A stretch of DNA of 64,000 nucleotides from Acanthaster planci (lineage: Eukaryota), in assembly GCF_001949145.1 (NCBI RefSeq), contig NW_019091359.1:1872540-1936539 (forward strand), written 5' to 3'. Below are positions 36,601 through 48,200 of the stretch, piece by piece. A model generated the notes under the pieces. It saw only the letters and a program-made list of their open reading frames with translations. It did no database searches and was not told where the DNA came from. The position numbers were made by a program, and so were the translations under genes. The stretch's first letter is position 1. Every line of letters begins with the position of its first letter.

Positions 36601-39600
36601 GGAGTCGATGGCATACCTGCAGAGGTATACAAATCAGGAGGCGACACTCTTCTCGAGAAGCTCACTGACCTGTTCAAGTCATGCTGTGAGAGGGGGTTCG
36701 TACCACAAGATCTACGGGACGTTATCATTGTCTCTCTCTCTCTATAAGTACAAAGGCGAGCAGTTCGACTGCAGAAACTACAGAGATGTCACTTTGCCGT
36801 CCGTTGCGGGAAAGAATCAGTGTGGACAGACTCACACCCACAGTCGCCGAGGAGAACCTCCCAGAAAGCCAGTGCGGCTTCAGAGCAAACCGAGGCACTG
36901 GAGACAGGATATTTTGCCTTGCGTCAGATACAGGTGAAACGCACTGAACAAAACATGGGGCTATTTGCAGTATTCATTGACCTCGCTAAAGCCTTTGACA
37001 CGGTGAGCCGAGATGGGCTCTGGAAGATCTGTCAAGACTGGGCTACCCTCCTAAGCTCCTCACAATTCTTTGTCAGCTTTACGACGGTCAGATGGGACAA
37101 GTGGAACACAGTGGCGACCTCTCTGACCCGTTCCCTGTTTACAATGGTGTCAAACAAGGCTGCGTCGTCGCCCCTACGCTGTTTGCCATCTTCAGCGTGA
37201 TGCTATCAGAGGACAAGGAGAATTTCACTGAAGGAATCTACGCGTGATTTCGGACCGATGGTAGTGCTTCTGCTACGTACTGCACCTAGGCGTCGTGTTG
37301 GAAGTACGCAACAATTTAGTTAGCAGTCCTTTTTCGTGTGAACATGAATGAACATGGAGTATGGTACGCTGAGCCTCTAGTTAACCTGCTTGAGGTTTAG
37401 GTAGTTTGTCATCCTGGAAAGCTACTATTGTACAAGAAAAATAGCCCACAGACTGCCCGGCGTTCTCAAAGGGGCATCCACCCTAGTATTTTCAACATGG
37501 TCATTACACTGGCGCATCTCTCGTAATTTCCGGTTTCAAAGGGAGTTGCGTTACATTAAATATTCTCTAGTGCAGTTTTATCAGACTTTGAATGCAAGTC
37601 CCAGATACTGCTGCAGTATTCTAATTGGGGGCGCACTAATGATTTGTATGCTATTGCCTGAACTTATTCATTGCAACCGTGTAGGTGTCTCTGCAGAAGT
37701 CCCAACATACTTGCTGCTTTGGTGTTAATGTTAAACATGTGGTACTTCCATTCCAAGTTTTGTGAAATTACTACTCCCAGTTAAGGGGGTTTTTAGTAAT
37801 CTCAAGAGGAATGCTATCCATTTGCACTGGTAAGACAAAATGGATAGTGTCTTCAACTTCAAAAGACTTATAACCCACACCAAGACACTTGAAGAGCGGA
37901 ACCTGGAACTGCTTAATGCAGATGACTGTGCCCTTCTTGCATACAGTGAGGAAGCCCTTCGGGCAGTTGTCAAAAGCTTTAATTTGCAGTATCAGCGAAG
38001 GCCTTTGGCCTTACCATCAGCTTGAAGAAGAGGGAAGTGCTGCACCAGAAAGCTCTTCGTGGTAACTACATCCTTCCTAGTATCAGCATCGACGGGACAG
38101 TGCTCAACACCATTCAACGCTTCATTTACCTCGGGAGCATCGTTTGCAACGATGCAGCCGTGACCAAGGACATTGACAACCGGCTTGCTAAAGCAAGCAG
38201 CTCTTTCGGCCGCCTGCAGAAGCGCGTCTTGAAGAATCATTCTCTGCGCCTGTCAACAAAGGGGATGGTGTGCAGAGCTGTAGTCGTCACTGCTCTCCTG
38301 TCTGGACGTGAAGCCTGGGTCCTGTACCAGAAACAGGTGCGGCTTCTGGAACGGTTTCACGAACGGTGCCTTCGATCCATCATGGACATCAAGTGGCAGG
38401 ACCATGTGACCAACATCAACGTCCTTGAGCGAGCCAACATTCCAAGCATGGAGACCATCGTTATGACCAGACAACTCCGCTGGGCGGCACACCTGTCACG
38501 CATGGAGGACACGTGAATGCCCAAAGTGGTGCTCTACGGGAGCTGCGCCAAGGCAAGCGTGACGGAGGAGCTCCACGAAAACGCTTCAAAGACCAACTCA
38601 AGCGACAGCTCAGCGCATCCAACATCCAAGAGAAGGACTGGGAAACCTTTGCAACGGGATAGTAGAGATGGGTGGAGGGTAGTGACAAAGCGAGGGGCCA
38701 AGGCCTTTGAAAACACAAAGAAAGAAGCTGCAGAGGATAAGCGCAGACGTAGGAAGACATCTTCTGCCCAGAGCCCCACCGCCCAAGTATTCCCATGCCC
38801 GGGGTGTTCCAGAGCGTGCCGCTCTAGGATCGGCCTCCATAGTCACCTGAAGGTGTGCCAGCGACTTCCTCCCCATTGAACCTCGGATTCGAGGAACCAG
38901 CCATCATCATCACAGCATTTAGGTACACGTACTGTGTTTGGTGGTACATGTACATTAAGCCCCATTAGCTACATTTAAGCACAGAATTGGGGCTGCATTA
39001 AGTGTGGTAACCCGCAGTTAGGTCTAGGCCTACATGTAGGCCTGAGCTACATTTGAGCGAAAGGCGTTGGCTATCTGGGAACAGGGCCGGGACTACATAG
39101 GGCTCAGGCCACGCATAGGAAGAGGTTTGAAGGAGTGTCTGTACAATGTACAGTGTCAAATGATGCAGGTTTGGAGCTAAATAATAGAAACAGGTTTAGG
39201 GCAATGGCCGCAACGTATACAGGGTTCGGGCTATATCAGCTAGACCAGGGTTACAGATGTAGGGATGGTTCTACATTAGGGCTTTTGTGGCCCAGAACAC
39301 ACGAGGATTGCTTTTGTTCCTCACAGATAATTGTGGCTTTTGTATTTTGTTGTTTAACCGTCATTTGTCCTTTTGCAGTTGGGAGAAAGATGCCGCGAGG
39401 GACTAAAGAGCATTGAGAGTGCAATTTCAGAGTGTACATCTGCAAAGAACTTCTGCGTAAAGTCTCAAGTTCAGGTGAGTTGTTACTCCAATATTGCTCT
39501 TCAGCTAATATAAGGTACTGATATCTCAGTCTGTTAATGTGACACACGGGGAAGGAATATGTCGTATATGATTGTCTGTCTCCCGAATGTGCCTTGATAA

Positions 39601-40684
39601 CTGAAATCTAAAATCCATTGTAAAAGCACGCAAACGTACAGCATGACTTCCAACTGCAGACGGATTGGGCTAATTTTATGAGAAACAATAAGTCGAACAA
39701 ATAAATGACTTGAAATTTCGTTTGTCCACTGCTTCTGTTGGATGGATTTCGTGTGGCCCGTTAAATTAGTTCTGCCTGCTTAGGTTGCGCGTTTTCACGT
39801 TGCGTTGAGGCAAAGTAACGTCAATTATATCCTTTAGTTATTCGACGGTACAGCCGGCTGAAATGTTTAGCACAATTCAAAATAATGTAGTCCCACGCAA
39901 CTGATAAGCCCCCAGGATTCAGTCGAAAGACTGCCAACTGTTTGTTCACTTCATGTTCATTACGACTCTTTCTGACCCCTCTCCCTTTTTGTTCCAGGAT
40001 GAGAAACCTCCTACGAGGGCTTGTACTTCTGCGACTTCACAAACATCTTTAAATCATGAAAGGGAATTCCACGAGGCGATCACGCAGACCCCATGGATTG
40101 TTAATGTCTTCAGAACAGACAAGTATCCTACCGTGCACATGGTCCCAGTGACAAGCGACTTGAGAAAGGAGTAAGTCTTGTATAGGCCTAATTGCAATTT
40201 CTGCAGTCGAGGCGAGGATAGAGTCTATTATGGGTGTAAACTAGCTTTTCGTAGTGCCATCACCTTTAAAACAAATAATTGATCGTGTGTTGCATTCGAC
40301 CGAGTCATATCGAATCCTCCCTCAATGTTTCTCCTTTTTGCATTTTTACCTATTATAATGTGTATTGTTGTTCGAGTCGGAAGGAATGTGATTGTTATTT
40401 GAGTTCTTCTCTTATCGTCAACGGGGTCACGATTCCAACCTGCAGGAAGTCAGAGTTTGTTACAGTCAGAGCAGGTCTCCATAATTATGTTCAGTTAACG
40501 AGCCACTCCATTAACAATCTTTCCCACTTTTGGTTTTCCTTTTTGAACGCTCAGATTCTTGGAGTGGATTCGAGAAAAACCAGTCACGGAAGCCGTCGTC
40601 AAGAAGAGTCAGGACGTGACGGAAGAAATGCAGAATATGTCGCTAGATCTCTCTGATCCTTGCCTGGACATGTACGGATGCTGA
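24488..40684 (+). CDS. TBK1: TBK1/IKK-epsilon family Ser/Thr kinase, full-length (kinase, ubiquitin-like domain, scaffold/dimerisation helices, C-terminal tail), 18 coding exons, 822 aa
   Basis: Manually assembled GT-AG exons: 24488-24619, 24804-24944, 25355-25484, 26192-26373, 27770-27927, 28749-28862, 29477-29656, 31005-31204, 31708-31766, 31949-32040, 32214-32451, 32589-32716, 34424-34540, 35056-35157, 35694-35790, 39379-39474, 39998-40170, 40555-40684. Total 2469 nt with consistent phases. Motifs: [102 protein letters not shown], all diagnostic of TBK1/IKBKE. Confidence 0.95.
24804..24944 (+). CDS. TBK1: TBK1 coding exon 2 (VAVK lysine, alphaC)
   Basis: cag|[47 protein letters not shown]|gtaagt. 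Confidence 0.95.
25355..25484 (+). CDS. TBK1: TBK1 coding exon 3 (hinge)
   Basis: [43 protein letters not shown], phase-1 donor gtaagt. Confidence 0.95.
26192..26373 (+). CDS. TBK1: TBK1 coding exon 4 (HRD, DFG, activation loop)
   Basis: [60 protein letters not shown]|gtgagc. Confidence 0.97.
26780..27086. other. Assembly gap (307 N) in a TBK1 intron
   Basis: Run of N; flanking exons join as EEYL|HPD, so no coding exon is needed in the gap. Confidence 0.99.
27770..27927 (+). CDS. TBK1: TBK1 coding exon 5
   Basis: [52 protein letters not shown], canonical splice sites. Confidence 0.95.
28749..28862 (+). CDS. TBK1: TBK1 coding exon 6
   Basis: [37 protein letters not shown], aligns by eye to the TBK1 [20 protein letters not shown] region. 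Confidence 0.93.
29477..29656 (+). CDS. TBK1: TBK1 coding exon 7 (kinase end and start of ULD)
   Basis: [59 protein letters not shown]. Confidence 0.93.
31005..31204 (+). CDS. TBK1: TBK1 coding exon 8 (ubiquitin-like domain)
   Basis: [66 protein letters not shown]. Confidence 0.9.
31708..32716 (+). CDS. TBK1: TBK1 coding exons 9-12 (scaffold/dimerisation domain): 31708-31766, 31949-32040, 32214-32451, 32589-32716
   Basis: Phase-compatible GT-AG exons: [19 protein letters not shown] / [30 protein letters not shown] / helical QVVKDEVNH...EAIAEVRR / [12 protein letters not shown]...PKDK. Confidence 0.85.
33320..33990 (-). mobile_element. Decayed RTE-clade LINE 3' fragment in a TBK1 intron
   Basis: Frameshifted peptides [14 protein letters not shown]...[29 protein letters not shown] and LGRPSR resemble the RTE ORF C-terminus (VE.F.YLGS, DI.RRI..A, F.GH.AR, GRP). 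Confidence 0.7.
34424..35790 (+). CDS. TBK1: TBK1 coding exons 13-15: 34424-34540, 35056-35157, 35694-35790
   Basis: [26 protein letters not shown] resembles TBK1 [26 protein letters not shown]; following exons are phase-compatible with canonical sites. Confidence 0.88.
36033..38913 (+). mobile_element. RTE/BovB-like LINE, 5'-truncated and frameshifted, in a TBK1 intron
   Basis: [56 protein letters not shown]...[28 protein letters not shown], terminal [17 protein letters not shown] zinc finger; (CAT)n tail; candidate TSD agcattta at 36025-36032 and 38914-38921. Confidence 0.93.
37270..37840 (-). mobile_element. CR1-clade LINE fragment nested in the RTE element, opposite orientation
   Basis: Minus-strand peptides [65 protein letters not shown]; it interrupts the RTE RTDGS|VFN motif, with atggtagtg/atggatagtg on either side. 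Confidence 0.8.
39379..40684 (+). CDS. TBK1: TBK1 coding exons 16-18 (divergent C-terminal tail): 39379-39474, 39998-40170, 40555-40684 (TGA 40682-40684)
   Basis: Strong polypyrimidine-AG acceptors and GT donors, open and phase-compatible; no recognisable homology by eye; AATAAA at 40912-40917. Confidence 0.7.
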
Positions 40685-43600
40685 GCGTGCATACCACACA
40701 ATGGAGGAAGACGACTCCAGGCAGACGTGGCTCACAGGGGGTGGGGACACTTCCCTCCCCATAAAACGTTACACAAAACTTAGTTTCCAGCTACACAAAG
40801 CTCCCCAATAACATTTTATGATATTAATTTTGTACCAGTTGGTGACAAATGTAGTCTGCAAAATTATTCACAAAGTGTCAGAAACATCAATGACGTATCA
40901 ACACGCAGTACAATAAATCGTTCGCGGCCCCACAAAGTGACCTCTACCGATTAAAAGACAAACTTGAGATTTCAGTTCCTTCTGATCTTACAATAGAACA
41001 AAAAACCCTGAAAATATCGAATTAAAATAGGTTTATTTTTCTTGAAATATACATGTCTAATTTGCCGCTCCAGTCTCACTACGTGGCCTGAGTATCTCAA
41101 TCTTTGTTAGTTTCGACAAAAGTCGATTTAGTATTGCCCTTGTTTGCTTCGATCATTTCTACTTAGATTGTTATATTGCTTTCAGTTTGGATTGTAAGAG
41201 TGAATATTACCCATGTTTTTTCATTGCGCTGAGAATTTTGGTACATATATACGCAGTTAATCCATGGAGACTTTTGTGAAATATGCTATTTGGCTTTATT
41301 TTTACTCAAATGGTAATGATGAAGAAGGCAAGAATCAAGTATCACCTGCATAATCTGCTAAATAGGAATTTCATCCAGATGTTGACTGCATTTGACTTTA
41401 TAATGCAATTAAAAATGTAAGTGCGATTTTGACGCCTCGCTAAGTGTATGTCGCTAAACCGATGTTGATGCACAGTTCATGTCAAGAATATTTTAAAATT
41501 AGCACCGACTTTATTTTATAGAGTAAACGTCCTTTCCCTTTTGTTACTTTTTTGAGTTCTGCATGCGGTGAAAGGACAAAATAAGATTGAATAGTTCACC
41601 GAAGACCTCTTCACCTTCGCATTTAAAATCCACTTAGCCAGTTCAGAAAAATCGTTTGAAGCACAATGAACTACAAGCTATCGTACAGTTCCAAACTACT
41701 AAGGTCTTTCCCTGGAAAGAACAATGAGAAGTTTAACCATGTTTTTATATTAAACGTAAAAACAGGTCACGTAGTGAAACTAGCAAGAAAGTTTTGTGAG
41801 AATACTTGGAAAAGTAGGAAATTCAAAATTCTAAGATAGTAAAGATTTCATTGTTTACGACCTGCAAATGTATTAATTTTCTAATATCGGCATGGGTCAC
41901 TTCGAGGGACCAGCGACGAAATCTGTGCATTTTCATACTTAATAATGGACTAAACACTGCACTCTTCGAGGCCGGTGGCGCAAAACGTACTACCAACGAA
42001 GACTAAACATTTGTCAGACTTGGCAGTCCGTGTACCATCCAGTATCTCGTGTGTTTTCCTCTACTCATGTAGAAAGGAATACCTTTAGAGCAATTCTTCT
42101 GGGTAGTGACTTGGATTAAGACCGGATGAGGCGTGGTTGACTCAACATAAGTGGAATAGTTAAATACCATTCTGAAATGTTCCTGGGAGACGATTAAGTA
42201 ATTTTCAAAGAGTGGATGATGTCATGATCACTTCCTTCTTTAATATTTTCTTTGCACTAACGTATTTCTCACGTTTAAGGTTTCAGCACGTTATATTTGT
42301 AACACTGTTCGATATAATTAGAAGGGAGAACCATAGGTGACACGATAAATATTTTATATTTTACATTAAATGTATTCTTAGCCGTAAAACGAAATGTGCA
42401 TTTCATGATCGATTCTTGCTCCGAATTGAATGGCAAGACGGTGACCAGGATCAAGGAAGGAATAAACGCGCGTGGGATCTATGACAAGCATTCTTTCGAC
42501 GGTTGCAAAAACAGAGTGGTTCATTTTGCGCCAACCGAGCGCCTCCATATGAAAAGGTGACGTCGAAGAGGGGAATGCTCGCCTTCTTCATGTATACACG
42601 GAATATTTATGATAGGCATAAAAGTCCAGGTTGACCTGAAGAGAAAACTGAATTTCATCGGGCGAATCGCAGGTTTTAAGTGCAAGCTTCACTTCGGTCA
42701 AGTTTAATACAATTACCCATCATTTTATGACAATATTTTCAAAATACATCTATATTAATGGACTTTGAGAAAGATTAGATAAATATAACCCCTGTGAATT
42801 AAGGACTATGCTGATAATCTTGAACAACTTTTTATAATCATTCATAAACATTTTATTTAGACACAATGTAATCCCTTAGTTATTAAGCTATCAACATGTA
42901 GTTCAAGGTTGGATGGGTTTTAATGTTTCTCCCTTTGAATTATACCAAACATACTCTGGTGACTATTAACCATATTAACTATATTCATAGTAAGCAATAC
43001 AAGGGGCGCCTCTCATTTCTGACCGTCTTTTCGTTGACATTAATTAGCATCAATAAGGGGCCTAGGTTATTTTGGCAATATCCTGACAGAAAACCTGTCA
43101 CAAATTCCGTCTCAAATACCAAATTTCACTTACCATGAATTCTTAGCATGCAGTTCGACTTCATTCGGTGGAATCTTCGTGCGCTTCGTGATGAAAAAAA
43201 TCAATATGACAACATAATTGTGCATACTTAAATTCATGTGTGTCAGATAATTCTAACCTCAACAAACTAACTCATGCACAGACTTGCCAAAGGACATAAC
43301 AACATTGAACCTTGGAGGCGGGAATAAAGTTGTAAAGATTGCGATTCTGTCGATGGCCACGATTGATTCATATGGGTAGAAGGTCAAACAGCTTAGAACC
43401 AGACGGATATGTTTCTTGAGGTCAAGAATACACGAGAACAAAGCAGTTCACATTTAAAATGTGAAAACTTGAACAGAAAATGTGAGAACTCCTGTACAGC
43501 TCGATCTGCTTTTTGTCGTCATCCTATATTGTGTGAATACAGCGCTTTTTAATAGTTAGTAAAAGCTTGAAATTGACGTTGATTTTTTTTGTTTGGTGTA

Positions 43601-44809
43601 TATTTGTGGTTGTTGTCTGTGGTGAACAAACTTTGTATTGTAAGTGATTTTCTACAAAAATAGACGTGGCCGAACCTTCAAAAGTGGCCAACACCCGAAC
43701 AGAAGTTTTAATATTTAGACCGATTGTGGTGTGCACAAAACATGACTCAAACTATCGAATACCAAATATTTACAAGATGTGAATTGTACTTGGGAATATG
43801 TTTGTGCAACTATTCCACTAATCCTAAATGTAACCAAACTATCTGACATCGCTTTTTGGTTACGTTTAATGCGAAGTACAATAATATTTGAAATTAAAAA
43901 AGGTTAAATGGATGGGCAGGAAGGAAGTGTGGTGGGCCGGGAACCCCGAAGAGTCCTATATGGTGGCAGTAACTGCAATTCCTTGCGAATTTCAGGAGTC
44001 CGTGCGCCTGAATGCTTGGTCAACACCGCATAACTTTTGGATTTTCCCTCGCTGTCTTTTTTTCTCTTAAAATGGCTGCTTTTCTGGGCACTAAAATTTC
44101 CTTCATGTCAGCTTTGGGGGAGAATTTCTCAAACATTCTGTGGTGAACCCACTGAAAATTGAAAGGAGAACGAAAGAGATCATGTCGAGCATCAGTTTTC
44201 TGTCTAGCCTGGACACCTGTGACAGTTGTGAGAATACATTTGGGGGGGATTTAGAATAGGGATTTTATCACTGGTGTCTATGGAAATGCATTTACCCCGA
44301 AATAAAGCCTGAAAGTTCACTCACCTTCCGGAACCGTCGGATAGGAAATATAAAGAGCAAAAAAATAGCATTTGCAAATTTTTGCCGTTTGTTTACTTCA
44401 TGAAAAAAATCACATTGGAAAAGGGCCTTTGTAAAGCAAACATAAAAGCTAGCATATTAATTTATAGAAACTGAAAAGTTACCTGACCTAAAAGAGAAAT
44501 GTACTGCCATAAACTGACCCTTCGCTTCCGAATATCTAAAATACATGAAGACTAGTGCAATTCGGTGTTCTCGTACGGAGATGAACAGTCACGAAATTGT
44601 ATTTTATCGTAGTCTTTTGGTAAAAATTAAATCACAAACAGACCAAAATATTTTAAGAATTTTACAATTTTTAAGGAAATAAACTAAAAGGATAATAAGC
44701 GTCTACAGAAGATTCGGAAGTTGAATCTAACCTTTGCTGTCAAGAACTGCGTTAGGTCAACTTGACTGAATCTAGAACCCATCGACTGCAGGTAGGTAAA
44801 TCTTTGCAG

Positions 44810-45220
44810 CGTTGTACAAACCCTGAAACAAACTATATAAGGAAACTGTCTGTAGGCGCTAACGCATAATTTATAAAGATGAACAAAGAAATTTAAACCT
44901 GCGACCTCCGGCATACTGTACCGGTTCTCGACCAACTGAACTATCCAGCCCTATGTTGGTGGCTCTTCCCATTCGTCAACTATCTTGGTTAAGGGCGCTG
45001 GTCAGTAGCCATGTAGCCTGAAACACCGCGTAGCCATGGATCACGCCCCAATTATACACGATGCAACCTAGTGAGTGGTGAACAGGGATCACTCGAGGAG
45101 GATGCAGCAACACAACGTACGTATAACCAATGTGGGGCTGGATACCTCAGTTGGTAGAACACCGATTCAAATCCCGCTCAAGTCAATTTCTTTGTTCATT
45201 TTTACAAGTTTGTACAATCC
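44810..45220. mobile_element. Foldback element with two inverted tRNA-like arms
   Basis: Left arm atgaacaaagaaatt...accaactgaactatccagccc is the reverse complement of right arm gggctggatacctcagttggt...aatttctttgttcat; A-box-like cctcagttggtag and B-box-like ttcaaatccc. Confidence 0.65.
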
Positions 45221-48200
45221 CGTTTTCACGTAAGCACATTAAATGAAAACGAAGGTGTACGATCAAGGCAACCTAGAAACGATATTGCTGGATGTAAAAG
45301 TCGGAAATAGTGATTTTTTTTTGTTTGTTAACCAATCTCCAGGGGAATTTCCGAAATGTTTCTTGAAGAACACGAAGGTAAAATTTCGGCGTGAGTGTTT
45401 CTTGGGCTGGTTTCAGGAATCATTTTCCGAATATATTAAATCCAGTGTGATAAACGACCCTTTGAAAAATCCCCATCGACGGACCACGGGAGGGTTCCTG
45501 AAGCTCACGGAGTGACCTTTTATTTTTTAGGCTCTATACTGTGGAAAAAGAGTTTGTGTGTCTGCTGCCACCAGCATCTCAAATTAAAAGTCAGATAAGT
45601 TTTGCTCATCTTGCGAGTGAATGATTATTTCACTTGTAATTTCAGAAGTACGCCCTCTTTTGGGAGACACGTCACAGAAGGTGCACTTGGAACACAGGTA
45701 CATATATTTTTGTTCATTAACGGGTAGTCCAGAATTTGCGTATGCTCAAAAGAAGAGGATGCAAACATATCGCACTCCATGTGTACAGGTGTTAGGTGCA
45801 AGCAGGGCAGTATTTCGGGTGGGCCAAAGGCTCTGTACGCCATATACAAGGACGGATCGAGACCCAAATTTTCTGGGTTAGGGGCAAACTTTTTTTCGGA
45901 AGGGGGGGGGGAATTTTGACATTTTTTTTCATGGAAACTTTTATAACCTTTCTTTGGGGTGAGACTACATTTAGGGCCTTTCACGCGCTTTGGAAAGAGG
46001 GGCGATGGAATAGATCACAAAGACGCCCTTTTCTGTCAATGTATTTCAAATAAAATTTAGGACTTCTTTCGGGGGACGTGACCTTCTTTGCGACTCCCCA
46101 CGGATCCATCCTTGCCCTTACAGGCACCGTAATTCCGTAGGTCCAACTCTGTTCAGGGTACAACACTGACAGAGCCAAGTGTTTTGTGATGATGCGAAGC
46201 AGCACGTAGTGAACTAGCTAGTTGAAAGCTTCGCCAAATTAAAAATTCAGACAGCGATGGTTGATCTGTCTTGTCTATGGCACACTAAATAAATCTAAAT
46301 TTAGTAAATAATCCGGCCTGGGTGCAAGCCATTGCTTATGTGTATTGCCCACGCGAAATGTTTTTTCCCTGAGATTGTTACGCAATAAGAGGACTTTCTC
46401 ATAATTATTTAGTAATTATGAGCAAGGCCACTGATCGCGTATTTCATACCTAAAAAGGCCAGCTTGTATACATAAAAAAATCTTGGTAAATTATCATACT
46501 CAGTCTTTTTTTATTCGTTTCTGTTTGTTAATTAAATCTCGTTTTTTCCTGCTTTTGATCCTGGCATGGTAATATAAGCCCTCGGCTCCTGCCTATGCCA
46601 CAATATTGCTCTGTGCAATATTTTCTTTGTTCCTGACTTTTAAGTCATATTCTTTATTTCTTTATTTACTTAACGTTATATAATTTGATGTTCCTCATTT
46701 AGACAATCACTTTGTGTAACGTACTTCTTGACTGACTTTCCTCTCGTCATTTTTGGACATATGGAAGTAAATGTGTTTATCAATGGACAAACAACGAATA
46801 TGTCTGCAAGGCGTAACAGTACTTCGTGCATGGTTCTGAACATTGAAAATGACTTACATACGCTTATTCCTTTTACATGATATTCGGAACGCAAAACTTT
46901 ATTAATGTATGGTCATGCATTCCATGCACACTAGAACTAAGAAATAAGCCGTCACCTGCGCCCACGGGAAGAGATTTTGTAACAAGAATGGTGTTTTTAT
47001 CAGGGCCTTCCTGTAGCCCTTCATCATTCAAAAAGTCAAAGCACAGTGGCTGAAAAATGAAAACATTCAACTTAACATTCATGAAAAAGGAGTTACATAG
47101 AGAGAAACGTACCAACTCTGAGTTCAAGTTTGAAGTCCTACAACGCGCATCCCACACACAACGTTTCAACATCGTGTTCTTTAAGCTGTGAAATCACTTT
47201 TGCGGCACCTTTGTGGTTTGTTCCGAAGGGGCATAAAAATTAGAGATGCCTCTTCACCCACTCATGGAGAAGTTTTGTCTTTGGGCATTTTGGAGATATT
47301 ACGCACCTCTGGAAAAGACCTCCGGTACTGATCCACCAAATTCATACCGCAGATCGGCGTCTGAAAATCAAATTTTCTGGCCAGCCAAGCTCCGAGGCAG
47401 TCAGTACCCGTGACGGGAGCGGTCATCGCTAATAATCACGCATTGTTTGCTCAGATGGGCCAGACGCTGGTATTCCTTTGTTCGTCTCCAGTCGCCGCCT
47501 CTGTTCTGCCATCTCTCGGCCGGCCACCTTTCATCTTTTCCTCTTCCCCCAACTCTAATCGGCCGGGGTCGGTGGGATTTCGCGGCTTCGTCGCTGCCCG
47601 CTGGCGGGACAAAGGGTAGCGGTGCGGCCCAGCTATTAGATTGCCTCAATTATGTCAGGGTCAGGGATTTTTTGAGTGACAGTTTGATCAGCGGATAGCC
47701 TGTAAAAATGCCGACTATTGTTGTGTCGCCACTGTAACGAAGCTCACTGATTCACCGGCTGTTGGTCCCTCGGGCCAAGATGACAATGTTCAGGAGACAG
47801 ATTTAATTAAGTGGATCTGCATTGGTAAAATATGCTTTCCTTTAATTTTTTAAGGTGAAGAAAAAAATTGTTTCCACAAACCTCCACTTTTCGGAACACT
47901 GAATTCCATTCAAATTAAGTTGCAATGGTATAATTTCGTCACTTTCATTGCCGATTTGTTTCATTATCTGCAATAAACTTGCCCCAGTAAAGAGATTTGT
48001 CTCTAGCCTCCCTGCTGAAATTTTCCGGAAACTTCCTCTCATCGAAGGATGATACGAATTGGATTTTTAAAAAAAGCATCGTATTACTTTTACAACAAAC
48101 ACGTTTACTTAAGACTTCAAAAAAGCATTATTCGATTCTTTTTTTTCCAGAGATGGCTGTCCAAGGACGGGTCCAGAGGGGTCGAAGGGGCCATTTTTAT

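Larger units (their letters stand above)
35830..39290. repeat. Degenerate ctacat(t)tagg minisatellite split in two by the RTE insertion (about 35830-36030 and 38920-39290)
   Basis: Recurrent gttacatttaggc, gactacatttagg, gctacatttaagc, gctacatttgag, ttctacattaggg on both sides of the LINE. Confidence 0.5.

Noticed and set aside
45135..45180. Functional tRNA gene
   Set aside because: The anticodon-arm region is deleted, and the sequence is one arm of an inverted repeat element.
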